35,409 nucleotides of DNA from a virus (Duplodnaviria; Caudoviricetes): the IMG/VR virus record IMGVR_UViG_3300014159_000003, positions 1 to 35,409 of that record; one strand, given 5' to 3'. Of this stretch, positions 1-9,364 are shown one piece after another. The translations under genes were made by a program, and so were the position numbers. Under the pieces are notes generated by a model. It did no database searches and was not told the DNA's origin. It saw only the letters and a list, made by a program, of their open reading frames with translations. Position 1 is the first letter of the stretch, and every line of letters begins with the position of its first letter.

Positions 1-123
1 GGCACTTAGAGGATTTTGGCCTGAAATCATGGTTACTCCTTAGGCGACTAAATAGCCACTGAATGTTGTTCTTGGGTCACCCGAAGCGCCATATATACCA
101 ACAATTTTTGCTCCTCCACCCAC
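1..123. repeat. Terminal direct repeat copy 1 (circular assembly overlap)
   Basis: 1-123 is identical to 35287-35409; the 783-aa and 915-aa genes become adjacent across the junction. Confidence 0.97.
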
Positions 124-2391
124 AATAAGATTTACCGTAGCCGTATCTCCCATGGCCATCTTTACCAACGCAGTATAATTAATGGGGAAATCTCCATTAT
201 CCATGGCCGAATAACTGTTACTATTAAATAAAAACGAAGTAGTATCCAATTGCAATACACATGTATTTGCGGTAGTAGCACTCTGAGTTAATACAGACAC
301 AGCAAAAAGGTATACCCCAGCAACAGGCGCAGTGAAGGTGGTTCCTGCGGTAACATTGCTATCTTGATCGAATATAGCGGTATCAAACGCTACATTATAT
401 GTGGTTCCATCCCCTGTAACATCGCTGAGTGTAGAAGTTAAATAATAACTGAATGCTGGTTGAGCAGAATTATTCAGAATTGTTGGTCCAGCAAGTTGTC
501 CTGTAGAAGTTACGCCAACTGCTTGGGCACCTGTTATAGTAGCACCAGAAATACCTGCGATATAACAAGTAGATTGCTGACTCGTTCCTGTACCTTGTGT
601 TCCAATTCTTATGGTATTTGATTCAGCAATAACTCCAGGTACCGAATCGCCAATAATGATATTAGAAGATTCAGTAGTGGTATAAGCAGAAGCGACATTT
701 GCTCCAATAAATACGTTATTATTACCGCCATTTATATAATAAGCAGCATTAGTTCCTATTGAAACATAGTTAGTTCCAGAAGCATCGGTATATGCAGAAG
801 CATCACCAATACTAACAATACTATAAGGATGGGCATTGCTCAATGATGCTTGAAAACCAATAGCTATAAAATTTGATGGAGTTAATGCAAAAAGACCAGC
901 TTCACCTCCTATTGCTAATGCAGGACCACCATATGTTATACTTCTTAAAGCTTCAGCTCCAATTCCTATACAGTCATATACATAAGTAGGTGTAAAAGAA
1001 AAATTACCTGCTAAAATTCCAAGCCAAATATTGGCATTATTTACCCCAGGATAAGCATGTAAAAATGCATCACCTTTAATTTCATATACACCTAAATTTG
1101 GGTTCGAAGTATCTGGTAAATTAATCAAATTAAAACTCATAGTTGCTGTAGCTGAATAACCAATAAATACTGCACCACTAGTTCCACCAGTTAATGTAAT
1201 TATTGATCCAGTAATAGGAGTACCAGCATCTCCATCAATCGTACTAATTCCACCTGATGGAGCTGCTTGAAAAGTAGGAATTACTCCTGGACCATTGGAA
1301 GTAAATACATAAGTAGATGTACCAAAATCAGCTGGTAAGAAACCACCAGCACCTGTTACCGTTAAAGTACCAGCAATAGTAGTTCCTTCAAGGAAGGTTA
1401 TACCGCCCATAGTAATAGTACCGGCTCCAGAACCCCCAATAACGGCTGCATTTGTACTATCAATAACACATGAAACAAGTGCAATGGTACCAGTAGATGA
1501 TTGAGTAAGAGCTTGTGTAGTTCCTGTAGTAAATCGACATGTAGAGAATTCACCACTAGCTGTACTAGAGACAAGAACGGTTTGTTCAAATACACAACCA
1601 TCCGCTTGAAATACTCCACCTTGGCTTGTCCATGGACAAGCAATATCAATATACTTTAGAACTGTTACACCACTCGTAATCATATTATTAACGGTAAGAC
1701 TTGTTTGTACTCCCATATTTGAATTCTGGAAGAAACAAAGAGCACCGCCTGTATTATTTACAATACCATTGACAGTACTACTATCTTGGCAATTAAAAAT
1801 TGCTAAACTACCAGTCCAATTTGGTACATTAAATGTCCAACCAAGAGTAGAATTAAAGAGACAATTTTGGAGAATAATTATTGAACTACCGGCAGCTGTA
1901 CTGGCCAGGATATCCCCTGTACTTATAAAATTAATATTAGATATACCAAGAAATCCAGTTGATGCAGGAGTATGTGTACCTATGATAGTTACATCACTTC
2001 CTGTACCAGAAGCATCAGAATTACCTACAGCGCCTACAAGTTGGGTAGTAGAATAAAGGGTAAGATTTTCAGTATAAGTACCTGGAGTAACCCATACAGC
2101 TCCACCACCAGCAAGATAAGCTGCATCAAGAGCAGATTGAATAGTTTGATAACCACCAATGCCTACAGGTCCAACTACATAAGGTGTAATAGGGAATTTA
2201 TTAATAGCAGTTGATTGGAATGTAGGAGCAAATCCAACGCCATTAGAAGTCAATAATTGACCAAGGCTGCCAGTAGCAGTAGTTACTAATCGAGTACCAT
2301 CAAAATATAAAGCACCATCAGTAGTACCAAAACTAGTAGCATTGGTACCACCTTCTACTATTGGAGTAGGGCTAATTCTTTTATATGCCAT
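40..2391 (-). CDS. Tail fibre/tailspike with pectin-lyase-like beta-helix and C-terminal C1q-like domain
   Basis: YQTIQSALDAA..GGGAVWVTPGTYTENL beta-helix entry motif; ESNTIRIG fibre repeat; C-terminal PAF...FD...FTAPVAGVYLF...TFSGYL C1q pattern. Confidence 0.8.
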   Translation of the reverse strand: MAYKRISPTPIVEGGTNATSFGTTDGALYFDGTRLVTTATGSLGQLLTSNGVGFAPTFQSTAINKFPITPYVVGPVGIGGYQTIQSALDAAYLAGGGAVWVTPGTYTENLTLYSTTQLVGAVGNSDASGTGSDVTIIGTHTPASTGFLGISNINFISTGDILASTAAGSSIIILQNCLFNSTLGWTFNVPNWTGSLAIFNCQDSSTVNGIVNNTGGALCFFQNSNMGVQTSLTVNNMITSGVTVLKYIDIACPWTSQGGVFQADGCVFEQTVLVSSTASGEFSTCRFTTGTTQALTQSSTGTIALVSCVIDSTNAAVIGGSGAGTITMGGITFLEGTTIAGTLTVTGAGGFLPADFGTSTYVFTSNGPGVIPTFQAAPSGGISTIDGDAGTPITGSIITLTGGTSGAVFIGYSATATMSFNLINLPDTSNPNLGVYEIKGDAFLHAYPGVNNANIWLGILAGNFSFTPTYVYDCIGIGAEALRSITYGGPALAIGGEAGLFALTPSNFIAIGFQASLSNAHPYSIVSIGDASAYTDASGTNYVSIGTNAAYYINGGNNNVFIGANVASAYTTTESSNIIIGDSVPGVIAESNTIRIGTQGTGTSQQSTCYIAGISGATITGAQAVGVTSTGQLAGPTILNNSAQPAFSYYLTSTLSDVTGDGTTYNVAFDTAIFDQDSNVTAGTTFTAPVAGVYLFAVSVLTQSATTANTCVLQLDTTSFLFNSNSYSAMDNGDFPINYTALVKMAMGDTATVNLIVGGGAKIVGIYGASGDPRTTFSGYLVA

Positions 2392-2400
2392 TATATTCTC

Positions 2401-2865
2401 CTAATAAACTTCGTAGGTTGCACCATTGAACAGTACACTTATGGCTTCATAGGCAGTATTCATAACAAAAGTATGCGCTCCATCGATATTTACTAGGCCA
2501 CTTACCGTAGTAATAGTTATATGATTACCAGCAGCAGATCCAGTACTATCTTTGATGATAAACACACGACCAGTTGCTGGAGCATTGGGTAAATTGACTT
2601 GAATTGCACCGCCAGAACAATCCACACCAAGATAATCATCAGTAGATACAACAACATATGGTGTAGTATTTACCAATGTATAATGCAGGAATGTAGTACC
2701 AGTAGCTGTAATAGTTATTGTATTGCCAGCTCCTGACGTAGTGATACCTGTACCACCATGGATAATTATCGTTCCACCAACGGGCGCTATTGCACCGCCA
2801 CTATCAGCAGTAAGAGTAAGTACAGGAACATCGCCCGATAAACCATAACTTGTAATTTGTGACAT
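2401..2865 (-). CDS. Small tail-fibre-associated structural protein
   Basis: TLTADSGGAIAP module shared with the 915-aa fibre; VNLPNAPATGRVFIIKD motif common in fibre domains; AGGAG RBS. Confidence 0.7.
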   Translation of the reverse strand: MSQITSYGLSGDVPVLTLTADSGGAIAPVGGTIIIHGGTGITTSGAGNTITITATGTTFLHYTLVNTTPYVVVSTDDYLGVDCSGGAIQVNLPNAPATGRVFIIKDSTGSAAGNHITITTVSGLVNIDGAHTFVMNTAYEAISVLFNGATYEVY

Positions 2866-2874
2866 AGTTACTCC

Positions 2875-3225
2875 TTAATTGGCGCCGTAAAGAATTTCTA
2901 TATAAACTCCAGTTCCTGCCGAAGGAGTTCCTTTAACAGAAATAATAGTATTTTGTGGAAGGAATATAGCTTTTGCAGGAGCAGCTTGATTAGTACTCAT
3001 ATCCCATATGCGTGCCGTATATGCAGGAATAACAAATTTATCTACAGCGCCTGTAGGATCATCAGTGAAAGTAAGAAGAGCATTAGTATCATTAGTTATT
3101 GTTAAGATACGAACAGGATCACTAAAAAATGTTCCTACAAAAGCATAAGTACCAGATATATCTGCTTCTGCTAAGAATCTAAGGGTATCCCATGCCATAC
3201 GTGTTGAAAGAACGGTATTGCCCAT
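2875..3225 (-). CDS. Hypothetical virion protein (beta-rich)
   Basis: 116 aa, strong AGGAG RBS, lies in tail operon. Confidence 0.65.
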   Translation of the reverse strand: MGNTVLSTRMAWDTLRFLAEADISGTYAFVGTFFSDPVRILTITNDTNALLTFTDDPTGAVDKFVIPAYTARIWDMSTNQAAPAKAIFLPQNTIISVKGTPSAGTGVYIEILYGAN

Positions 3226-3291
3226 ACTACTCTCCTTGCTAGTTTAAATTCCTAAAGGAGGAGTGCTTCTTACTACTCTCCTTTTACTTCA

Positions 3292-3507
3292 CTATGAAGC
3301 TGTTGGTTGGTTCGTGGCCGCAGCAGCTTCTACTTCTTTTTTCTGTTTTTCTTCAGCTTCTTTACGCAAGGTAAGAATCTTTTCTTTGAAAACATCCAAC
3401 ATGGTAATCGAATCATCCCAAGGAGAATTTAGTGGTACCAAATATTGGTACTTAAAGTCACCCTTGATTGCTTCAATGCTTACCGCACCAAAATGTCCGA
3501 TTTGCAT
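3292..3507 (-). CDS. Hypothetical protein (possible fibre assembly factor)
   Basis: 71 aa, AAGGA RBS, co-oriented in tail operon. Confidence 0.55.
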   Translation of the reverse strand: MQIGHFGAVSIEAIKGDFKYQYLVPLNSPWDDSITMLDVFKEKILTLRKEAEEKQKKEVEAAAATNQPTAS

Positions 3508-3527
3508 ACATCATCCTTTATAGTTAA

Positions 3528-3549
3528 AGGGCAGTCAGTTAGCTGCCCT
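3528..3549 (-). terminator. Putative intrinsic terminator/hairpin after the 374-aa gene
   Basis: AGGGCAG-8nt-CTGCCCT stem followed by a short T run on the minus strand. Confidence 0.5.
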
Positions 3550-3563
3550 ATGGTTATAATTTT

Positions 3564-4688
3564 CTAAGCATTCGATGTGAAGTATGTCCAAGCACCAGCA
3601 CCCGTTGCAATGTAGAGTCGTGTAGTTGTAGTAGAGGCTGTTGTATTGATATAGAGATCACCTGCATGTAATGCTAATCCATTTGCAGGAGCTCCAGAAC
3701 CTGTATATATATAAACTGGACCACTAAGAGAAACGAATGGAGCAGATAATACTACGCCACCTGTTCCACCAAGAATGGTTGTTGTAGCGGCACCAGTAAA
3801 TGATCCGATCCTCACGGTATGAGCAGCTGTTCCAGTACCAATATTAATGAATCCTGGAAGACCAGCAGTTTCATTCATAATATTCAGATTTTGAGATCCA
3901 GCACTCGCTACACCGTTTAAGATATTAACAGTGGTAACGCCAGCTGCATTACCTGATGCAATATTAATAATCTGTGCGCCAGTATTTATAGCATTACCGA
4001 TATTGATTGTTTGACCAGCAGCTGCTGTTGACTGACCTAATGTTATGATACCTGTCATAGGATCATCACCTATGGAAATAGTACCAGTCACTGAAGTAGC
4101 TAATTGAATACCTGCTGTACCGCCATATAAAATGGTATTAGCAGCATTAGTACGACTACCGATAGTAACAACATTGGCTGCTGAACCTGTACCGATTCTG
4201 ATTGCTTGACCTACAGTTGAACTACCAAGGGTAACGGTACCTGTCATATTAGCAGCACCAATAATTATAGTACCTGTAGCGGCAGTATAAAGAGTTGCTC
4301 CTGCAGTACCTGCTCCAAGACTTAATTGAGAAGCACCAGTAAAACTACCAATAGATACTGGATGATCTGTTGCATCAATACCAATATGAATGGCATTTCC
4401 TGCACCAGCATTCATGGTTACTATACCTGTAAGAGAAGTAGGACCAGGAGTCACAGTAAGCGAAGAAAATGATCCAGCTCCACCAGAAACATTAACCCAA
4501 TTAGCTACGTTAGATATAATGCCAGATTCTATCCATACAGAATCGGTTGAAGGTTCGGTCCATATAGTACCAACAGGTGCATAATCATTGGTATTAGGTG
4601 CTCTTTTTGCCACAATAGGTGGTGACATTACATCAATAAGAGGCTGAGACAGACCATATGCTGTAAGATTCGTAAGATTTACTCCCAT
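3564..4688 (-). CDS. Tail fibre-like protein
   Basis: G/T/A/I-rich beta repeats (INIG, VTIG); N-terminal RAPNTND...GTIW motif resembles the N-terminus of the 915-aa fibre. Confidence 0.7.
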   Translation of the reverse strand: MGVNLTNLTAYGLSQPLIDVMSPPIVAKRAPNTNDYAPVGTIWTEPSTDSVWIESGIISNVANWVNVSGGAGSFSSLTVTPGPTSLTGIVTMNAGAGNAIHIGIDATDHPVSIGSFTGASQLSLGAGTAGATLYTAATGTIIIGAANMTGTVTLGSSTVGQAIRIGTGSAANVVTIGSRTNAANTILYGGTAGIQLATSVTGTISIGDDPMTGIITLGQSTAAAGQTINIGNAINTGAQIINIASGNAAGVTTVNILNGVASAGSQNLNIMNETAGLPGFINIGTGTAAHTVRIGSFTGAATTTILGGTGGVVLSAPFVSLSGPVYIYTGSGAPANGLALHAGDLYINTTASTTTTRLYIATGAGAWTYFTSNA

Positions 4689-4742
4689 ACTACTCTCCTG
4701 AAAATGGGATTGAAAATGACCTAGATCTGCTTCAAGATCTAC

Positions 4743-4812
4743 TTGAGATTAAGTTAGACCTAATTAGACCTTATGCAATCTCATAGACTAAATCTTGGTT
4801 CATTGATACATT
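4743..4812. promoter_or_regulatory. Divergent promoter/operator region
   Basis: Plus strand TAGACT-17-TACATT (4784-4812); minus strand TTGCAT-16-TAACTT (4778-4751); TTAGACCT direct repeats at 4754 and 4764; TGAGATT/AATCTCA inverted repeat. Confidence 0.5.
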
Positions 4813-4830
4813 TACAACAAGGAGTAATCT

Positions 4831-4974
4831 ATGAAAAAAAGATTATCAATGTTAATACCACTGGACATACATCAAACAATACGTATACAAGCTACTATGC
4901 ATAACATATCGGTTACTGCATATGTGCTACGAGCAGTGCTTCAGCAAATAAAGAAAGATAGAGACGTTCAATAA
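4831..4974 (+). CDS. Ribbon-helix-helix (Arc/Mnt/CopG-like) DNA-binding protein, 47 aa (not in ORF track)
   Basis: MKKRLSMLIPLDIHQTIRIQATMHNISVTAYVLRAVLQQI fits the RHH pattern; AAGGAG RBS. Confidence 0.75.
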   Translation: MKKRLSMLIPLDIHQTIRIQATMHNISVTAYVLRAVLQQIKKDRDVQ

Positions 4975-5084
4975 TGATACCATCAGATACTATACGAGAA
5001 TATGCACCTATATTAACTATACTAGTATATAGCATCGCATTTGTAGTAATCGGTGCTACATACTTAGTTATGCGAGATTCTTAG
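4974..5084 (+). CDS. 36-aa single-pass membrane peptide (not in ORF track)
   Basis: TAATG coupling to the RHH gene; MIPSDTIREYAPILTILVYSIAFVVIGATYLVMRDS has one hydrophobic segment. Confidence 0.55.
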   Translation: MIPSDTIREYAPILTILVYSIAFVVIGATYLVMRDS

Positions 5085-6354
5085 ATTTACGAACCAATAT
5101 TACTTTGCCTTTAGGTTCTTCATTTTTTTGTTGTTCGGATTGAGATGCTATAGCATTCAATTGCCTTAAAGCATTAGCAAAAGGAACTTTTTCTTCAAGA
5201 AGAGCGGCTTTACCCAGTTCATTGAACCAATAGTTAGCATTATTATTATAAGCACCGCGCCAGAAATTCAATCGGCTTTGTGCGCTCTTATTTAAAGCTT
5301 TAGCACCAGCTTTTGCTCCAACTTTTAAGGCGGTTTTCAACGCACCGCTTGTTATAATATCTGAAAGTTCTGGATTCTTGTGGATCATCTTACGGAAATC
5401 TTTATTAAAATTCTCGGCTATATGGATATCCTGTGCGGTATTATATGGCTGGCCAAACTCAGGATACTGAGCACCAACTTTTCCAAGAAATCCTTCTTCG
5501 CTTCTCCCCAAAGTCTTATTGATCCAACGTAAGAATACTTTTTTTGGTTCATCCGCTTTACGAAATTGCTCATTAAACTCAGTAAGTTCTTTTTTCATAT
5601 CTAATACTTTAGACGTGCGTTTTGCAACTTTATACTGTAGGTCTTCTATATCTTCTATGAGTGGTTTACGCCATGGAAGAGATGGCTTTTTATCTTCTAC
5701 TGCCTTTTTAATGATATCTAATTCTGTTTTGAGGGCATTTCGAGCTGGATTTAATTTGGGAACATAAATATTTATTTTTCTCCCAGCTTCATCAGCTTTC
5801 TTGTAGTCTTCAACCTTACGTGCTTGAGCTAAGTTCTTTATCTTTTTAGTAAGGCCACCACCGGTTAAACTAGCAAAGCCCTTACCAGCAAGATAACTAC
5901 CTGCAAATTGAGTAAAGGGATCCGCGCCCGTTTCCTTTAGATTTTGTCCTACAGTATTGGCAGCAATAGATCTTCCCACAGTCTTGGCAGCGGTTCCAAG
6001 TCCAGAAAGACCTCCAGAAATAAGCTGTAATGGGATGTCCGATGCAACCTCATCAGCTATGCGTTCGATAGTATTTTGGGGTTCTAGATATTGTCCGGTA
6101 AGTTTTTTTGTAACCTTCTCACGGATTATACGCGATGTTGGTTCTGCCACTATATTCTTGGTTTTACTTATTATATTAAAAGGATTGCCTTCATTAGCAG
6201 CCGCAATACCTCTACCTATATCACCAATATAACCAAGGCCAGTTTCAGCGGCTCTCGCAGCACCCCGAGCAATTCCGCGCACTAATGAGTTGTCAGAAAT
6301 AGATTGGTTTTGTTCTGGTTTATTTCTATTACGTCGTACTAATATTACTGGCAT
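5068..6354 (-). CDS. Putative DNA ejection/internal virion protein
   Basis: 428 aa, A/G/K-rich helical composition; third of three coupled genes after the nozzle (P22 gp7/20/16-like position). Confidence 0.6.
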   Translation of the reverse strand: MPVILVRRNRNKPEQNQSISDNSLVRGIARGAARAAETGLGYIGDIGRGIAAANEGNPFNIISKTKNIVAEPTSRIIREKVTKKLTGQYLEPQNTIERIADEVASDIPLQLISGGLSGLGTAAKTVGRSIAANTVGQNLKETGADPFTQFAGSYLAGKGFASLTGGGLTKKIKNLAQARKVEDYKKADEAGRKINIYVPKLNPARNALKTELDIIKKAVEDKKPSLPWRKPLIEDIEDLQYKVAKRTSKVLDMKKELTEFNEQFRKADEPKKVFLRWINKTLGRSEEGFLGKVGAQYPEFGQPYNTAQDIHIAENFNKDFRKMIHKNPELSDIITSGALKTALKVGAKAGAKALNKSAQSRLNFWRGAYNNNANYWFNELGKAALLEEKVPFANALRQLNAIASQSEQQKNEEPKGKVILVRKSKNLA

Positions 6355-7535
6355 TATCGAGCTCCTTTCCTAGGTGCCCATCGTTTCCCGGTCCATACTT
6401 TCCATTCACCATTTTCAAATGCTTCATCACCAACTTGTTGATCAGTAATATCAGCAAGAGAATCAAATTCTTCCCCTTGTGGAGATCGAGCCTCTCTTTC
6501 TTGAGGGGTATATAAGTTAGGATAATTGTTCAGTAACGACTTCTTTTTCTCTTCTGCCTGCTTCTTGATGCGCTTAAGAATTTGTTTATTAACATTAATG
6601 CTATGATCAACACCTGGTTTTTCTTTTTGTATGTTCTGAACTCGATACTTGCTTGCAACACCCTTTACACCTTCAGAGGTAAGATTTACCAAGCGAGCTG
6701 CCCCATTATCAAATGATTCAGTATATTCATTAGGAAGCCATTTAGGTGCATATGCGGCTTTTAATGCCACGGTTGGTCCAGTATCTATCTTATCTACAAT
6801 ATCTTCCATTCCATCAATTACATCTATGATTTCATCAAGATTATTAAATTGACTTGATATTGCATCATCGTGAACCTTTTGGGCGGCACTACGTTCCTTT
6901 TCTTGCGCATTTCCAGCACCACCACCAGCACGAAGAAATTCTGCCAAATTTGCCTTTTTAGGCGGCGGAGGTGTTTCTGTAGCTACAGCTTTTGCAGCGA
7001 TCTGTGCAGGGCGTTGTTGTGAGGGATTAAGTCTATTGCCACCAGCAAGAGCTTCTGCTTGAGTAAGGTCAGGTGCTTCTTGAAGAATTGGATTAGTTCC
7101 TGGAGGTCCTTCAGTAGCATTATCTAATGGGGAAGCAAAGACTTTTTGGCCTGTTCCTGATTCTTGATCAGCTTCAGCCTTAAGATCAGTTAAATCCTTT
7201 TGTAATTCAGGATCACTATAAATAGCATGAATACCTTGAGAAGCATTTTCTGGATTTTTATTAAGAAATTCATTAATAGTTTTGTATTGAAGCGCTGGTG
7301 TTTGATCTAATAACCACTCAATTGTCTCATCATCAATATTAAATTTCTTAAATGCAGATCTATTGCGTTCTTTCTTTTTGTTCGCATCTGAGTTTGGATC
7401 CCTAGCTTGTATATCCTTTAATTTTGTCTTTGCGAAAGTTCCTAATCCAGTTCCCAAAGCAGATCCCAGTGATTGAGCAGTGGATCCTAGACCCCTATTA
7501 AGAACTTGTATTCGTGGTGGTGCTAATTGTGCCAT
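6354..7535 (-). CDS. Putative DNA ejection/internal virion protein
   Basis: LGSALGTGLG glycine-zipper N-terminus, coiled coil, synteny. Confidence 0.6.
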   Translation of the reverse strand: MAQLAPPRIQVLNRGLGSTAQSLGSALGTGLGTFAKTKLKDIQARDPNSDANKKKERNRSAFKKFNIDDETIEWLLDQTPALQYKTINEFLNKNPENASQGIHAIYSDPELQKDLTDLKAEADQESGTGQKVFASPLDNATEGPPGTNPILQEAPDLTQAEALAGGNRLNPSQQRPAQIAAKAVATETPPPPKKANLAEFLRAGGGAGNAQEKERSAAQKVHDDAISSQFNNLDEIIDVIDGMEDIVDKIDTGPTVALKAAYAPKWLPNEYTESFDNGAARLVNLTSEGVKGVASKYRVQNIQKEKPGVDHSINVNKQILKRIKKQAEEKKKSLLNNYPNLYTPQEREARSPQGEEFDSLADITDQQVGDEAFENGEWKVWTGKRWAPRKGAR

Positions 7536-8644
7536 TATAATGCTCCCTTAAGATAAGAACCTAGTCCGGCAGCTGCTGCTTGAGCTAACCCTCCTGTTGC
7601 TGGAGAAAATATACTTTGACGTAATGGAGTAAGACCTGTTTGAAGTTTTGCGTGTTGAGTTGGTTCTCGTTGAAGATTATATTGTGATCTCAATGACGCC
7701 AATCCACGTTCAAGATTAGCTGCGGCAGCACCATAAGCACCCTGTGTATCGGATGCTCTTCGAGTATTTTTACCTTGGGCCATAAATCTATGGGCAAGTG
7801 TTGGAATATCCTTGGTAAAAAAGTTATGACGAGCTTCTGCTGCTATAGGTTCAAAATCATATTGATTGCCACGAATTCCTTGCATGGCAGAATTAAGTGT
7901 TTCACCAATGGCATTGCGTTGTGGTTGATTGTAGTTCTCAAAGGTAAGTAATTCTGCTGGAGTACCACGAACAAATTCTTTACCTTCTCGCCATATTTTT
8001 TGTATCCAATTTTCTTTGCTTTTTTCTTGTGCTTTTACTGAACCAGGTAAGGCATCCCATTCGGCACTAAGTTTCTGTAATTCTTGAGCAGTAGGAGCTC
8101 TTTGTCCTTGTTCTGCTTGTGCACTTTGAAATTGTCCTTGTTGTGGTGTAGCAATTGCTTGGCGAACTTTCTTATCAGAAAGAGGAGGATATGTATTGAG
8201 CAGATCTCTAATGGTATCTACCGTCAATGTATTAGCAGCAACTGCAGCATCAATATCTGCAGTAAGAGCGGGATATCTTAATTTGAATGCATCCACGAAT
8301 CCTTTTAATTGAGCATCTTCACCACCTGGAGGGGGAGGCGGAGGAGGCGGAGCTCCAGCACCACCACCGGCACCACCAGCAAACATTTGTCCTGGTTGTT
8401 CTGTAGGAGCTTGTGGTCCAATAGCAGTTGGTTGTGCTATAGGAACGGTGCGAGTTATATTTGTACTACGAGCATTTCCAAGAACACGAGACAATAAATC
8501 AGTACCAGCAGGGGCAACTAAATTTTCTCTTGTAGTTACATCTCTTACGCCTTGTAATTGATTGAGTACCGATTGTGCTTGATCTAAAGGTAAGCCAGCC
8601 GTATTAAGCGCTGCTTGTATCTGTTCTAGGTTATAATTTGCCAT
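7535..8644 (-). CDS. Putative DNA ejection/pilot protein with poly-proline tract
   Basis: Q/A/G-rich, C-terminal GGLAQAAAAGLG, synteny. Confidence 0.6.
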   Translation of the reverse strand: MANYNLEQIQAALNTAGLPLDQAQSVLNQLQGVRDVTTRENLVAPAGTDLLSRVLGNARSTNITRTVPIAQPTAIGPQAPTEQPGQMFAGGAGGGAGAPPPPPPPPGGEDAQLKGFVDAFKLRYPALTADIDAAVAANTLTVDTIRDLLNTYPPLSDKKVRQAIATPQQGQFQSAQAEQGQRAPTAQELQKLSAEWDALPGSVKAQEKSKENWIQKIWREGKEFVRGTPAELLTFENYNQPQRNAIGETLNSAMQGIRGNQYDFEPIAAEARHNFFTKDIPTLAHRFMAQGKNTRRASDTQGAYGAAAANLERGLASLRSQYNLQREPTQHAKLQTGLTPLRQSIFSPATGGLAQAAAAGLGSYLKGAL

Positions 8645-8787
8645 ACTTCTCTCCTGAATATCGTTTTTTGCTTCCTGATTACTATAGTACAGCCAGTGGA
8701 AAAAGCTTGTGGATTTTTCTACATTACCTGTTTAGAATGTGTATGGCTCCTATTACACATAGCTGCTTACGAACTTTCTCCTTTTTT

Positions 8788-8815
8788 CCCCGGAATGTAT
8801 CGCTACGCTCCGGGG
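8788..8815. terminator. GC-rich hairpin between tail and ejection genes
   Basis: CCCCGGA-14nt-TCCGGGG; T-rich tail on the plus strand. Confidence 0.4.
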
Positions 8816-8821
8816 ATTTTC

Positions 8822-9364
8822 TTAGGATTTCAAATACTCTATGACTATATATGTCACATTATAAGCAGAATAATCAATCGAAGTTGTTATAACCACATCA
8901 GTAGAAGTAACATATAATTCTATGCAATCATTAGATGTGCTGCTTGAATAGGGAAGTGGAATGCCATCAAGCGTTGTAGTATTAGTAGCAGCACCATAAA
9001 TATGAGTAAAGGTAGTTGATCCGTTAATAGGAATATTATGTGCTACTGATGTCGTAGCATTATCAGGTAGAGCACCAAAATTAACTACCATACGATATGC
9101 TTGTCTTGATACGGGTTGAGTTGCAGTAGTAGAATTCAATGCAGGATTAGGAAAGAATGCTTGTCCATTAACAAATTCCTGTTGATAGTAATAACCGGAT
9201 TCCTTTAGATTAACTGCTATAGCTATCGTATTAATATATTGCGTAAGTCTAATAATAAGTTCTTTAAAAGATTCTTTATTATCGCGATTAAGCTCAGCAA
9301 CATCAAAGATAAAAGTAGTTGGTATAAATAAACCAACACTCGTTGTATTGGAGTTGATAGCCAT
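8822..9364 (-). CDS. Putative tail structural protein
   Basis: 180 aa, coupled to nozzle gene, C-terminal YIVIEYLK beta-sandwich ending. Confidence 0.6.
   Translation of the reverse strand: MAINSNTTSVGLFIPTTFIFDVAELNRDNKESFKELIIRLTQYINTIAIAVNLKESGYYYQQEFVNGQAFFPNPALNSTTATQPVSRQAYRMVVNFGALPDNATTSVAHNIPINGSTTFTHIYGAATNTTTLDGIPLPYSSSTSNDCIELYVTSTDVVITTSIDYSAYNVTYIVIEYLKS

Noticed and set aside
1-123. Biological terminal repeat or att site
   Set aside because: It cuts through coding sequence and its size fits an assembly overlap; physical ends cannot be inferred
8638-8917. Plus-strand 68-aa and 73-aa ORFs
   Set aside because: Overlap minus-strand genes, weak RBS, implausible composition
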